A stretch of 64,000 bases of DNA from Diadema antillarum. Taxonomy: Eukaryota. The notes beneath the pieces were generated by a model. It worked only from the letters and a program-made list of their open reading frames with translations. It had not been told where the DNA came from and did not search any database. The DNA lies in assembly GCF_040938485.1 (NCBI RefSeq), contig NW_027272117.1, forward strand, positions 186,001-250,000, given 5' to 3'. The translations under genes were made by a program, and so were the position numbers. This document shows, piece by piece, positions 62,570 to 64,000 of this stretch (the first letter of the stretch is position 1; each line of letters opens with the position of its first letter).

Positions 62570-64000
62570 TAACTACGTACGTGGAATAGGAAAGAATGAG
62601 TTTTGGTGGTGTAGAGTCTGGGATAGAGCATGCGCGTGATTGAGGAGGGATGAGTGAGGTAACTTGATTGGCTTAATTGGGTGGGTGTTCACACGTTTGG
62701 ATGGTCTTGTGGATTTGATCATTTGGTGATGATCGAAGAAAGCCTCGCGGTTGAGCGAACGGTGCAAGCTGGGTGTGGATCTTGTAAGGAATGTAGAACA
62801 TCACAGGATGGAGATGCTCATGTCACTGTTGTAGTACACTAATGTACTTGTACTCTGTTTCTCTTTACCGGTACTACTATAGAATACCTAATTGAAAAGT
62901 ATAATGTGATGTCCATCCCAGCTCCTGCAGCATTGCCATTGATGATACACTTGATCAGTTGATGTACATTACATATTGTAGCTCTTGGCCCAGCTAGCTA
63001 GTACCAGTAGTTGTAGCCCATTTCTGGTATCGGTTCGGGGTGTGTCTAGCTGCCCTCTGCTGGATCATCTCAATCTTGCTCAGTTATTGATATTCCTTTG
63101 TGGTTGATGGATCCCATGTGCATAGATGCCAAGTTAAAAAAAAAATTTTATGAGTGAGATTTTCATGACTCAGCATCTCGTTGCACGCGCATGTGCCTGA
63201 GCGAGGGAACGAAGTGACTGAGCTGAGCGAGGGGAGGGGATTGGGAGGGGGGTGTCCGTCCTACCACGGTAAGGAGCTTTTTCAATCTTTAGCTCTTAGT
63301 CTTATGCTGCAAGCTGGTGCATATACTTAAATGACTATAATATTTTTTACTTGTTTTGAAAGACAAAAAGGAAATATGCCTTGTTAGTTCAATTGCAACT
63401 CTCACTTTAATCCTTTAAGCTATGCTCCCAATGCGTGAGAAAAATGGGTGTCATATGTGAGATCATGAGACAGACCCTAAATGCTTGAGTCTCACTCACA
63501 ATGCGTGAGACTTGGTAGCTCTGCATGTGTACAGCCGATAGGTAAAGTAAGATTTGTACAAGAGGCGTATTCCACTAACGTTAGACTGAGAGGTCTGACC
63601 AGTCTTCTGTAGGCCTAGATCTATATGCCGCACATGGCTTTGTGAGTTTCAGTGAGATGAGGTGTAGACTTCTTCCCATTAAGGCCAAGGTGTTGTTATT
63701 TCTTTGGCCGACATTGTCAATATGCTTGTTCCAAAAACTTCCACTATAAGTTTCAGTTCAGCATGGATGCTATTGTGATGCTGAGGTACTTTGTGGCTTC
63801 CACAGGGGTCAGGATTGAGTCATTGAATTTGAATTGTTTCCTCTTCCAACATCCTAGTGACTGATATCACTTCATAATTTGTGTTCAGCTCCATCATAGC
63901 AATATGTCTGTTTATTCACCGAACTGGTCAAGATCTTCTTTTAGCTGTTTGGTATCAGAATCTGAGTGGATAATAAAGTACTATAATACAACTTGTAGTA
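62570..64000 (-). mobile_element. Degenerate CR1-group LINE RT 3' region, split by a MITE
   Basis: Broken minus-strand motifs resembling LKEDLDQF, EVISVTR, KYLSITI, WNKHIDN, AYRRLVRP..EYAS, WDP..KIEMIQQRAAR, MLQELGW, QNSFFP, with many stops and frameshifts. Confidence 0.75.
63121..63523. mobile_element. CAGGGCTGCCAAC-related MITE, 6-bp TSD
   Basis: catagatgccaag / cttggtagctctg, flanked by catgtg on both sides. Shares gcgtgagac and gagtctcac motifs with 17864 and 23748. Confidence 0.75.

Overview
Eukaryotic, AT-rich, repeat-dense genomic DNA. The repeat types and composition most resemble an invertebrate deuterostome such as a sea urchin; this is inference, not a database result. Two multi-exon host genes were rebuilt by hand from splice sites and remembered homology, and they face each other tail to tail. 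The first is a PQ-loop membrane protein gene (SLC66A3/PQLC3-like, + strand, 7 coding exons, 15195-27602, 217 aa) whose third intron has U12-type signals. The second is a TPR-like C8orf76 homologue (- strand, 6 coding exons, 42423-36402, 452 aa). Two young retroelements dominate the right half. One is an apparently full-length single-ORF L2-clade LINE (45469-49243, -) with one frameshift near its C-terminus. The other is a complete 9.5-kb Ty3/Gypsy LTR retrotransposon (51267-60744, +) with near-identical 2.02-kb LTRs, a TGGG target-site duplication (TSD), a GGGAAAC -1 frameshift site and one in-frame TGA between protease and RT. The rest is MITEs (several with 6- or 7-bp TSDs), Helentron-associated (HINE-like) elements with internal tandem repeats, nested insertions, LINE remnants, microsatellites and a 193-N gap. 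No CRISPR array, rRNA or tRNA gene was recognised. All alignments were by eye from recalled sequences.
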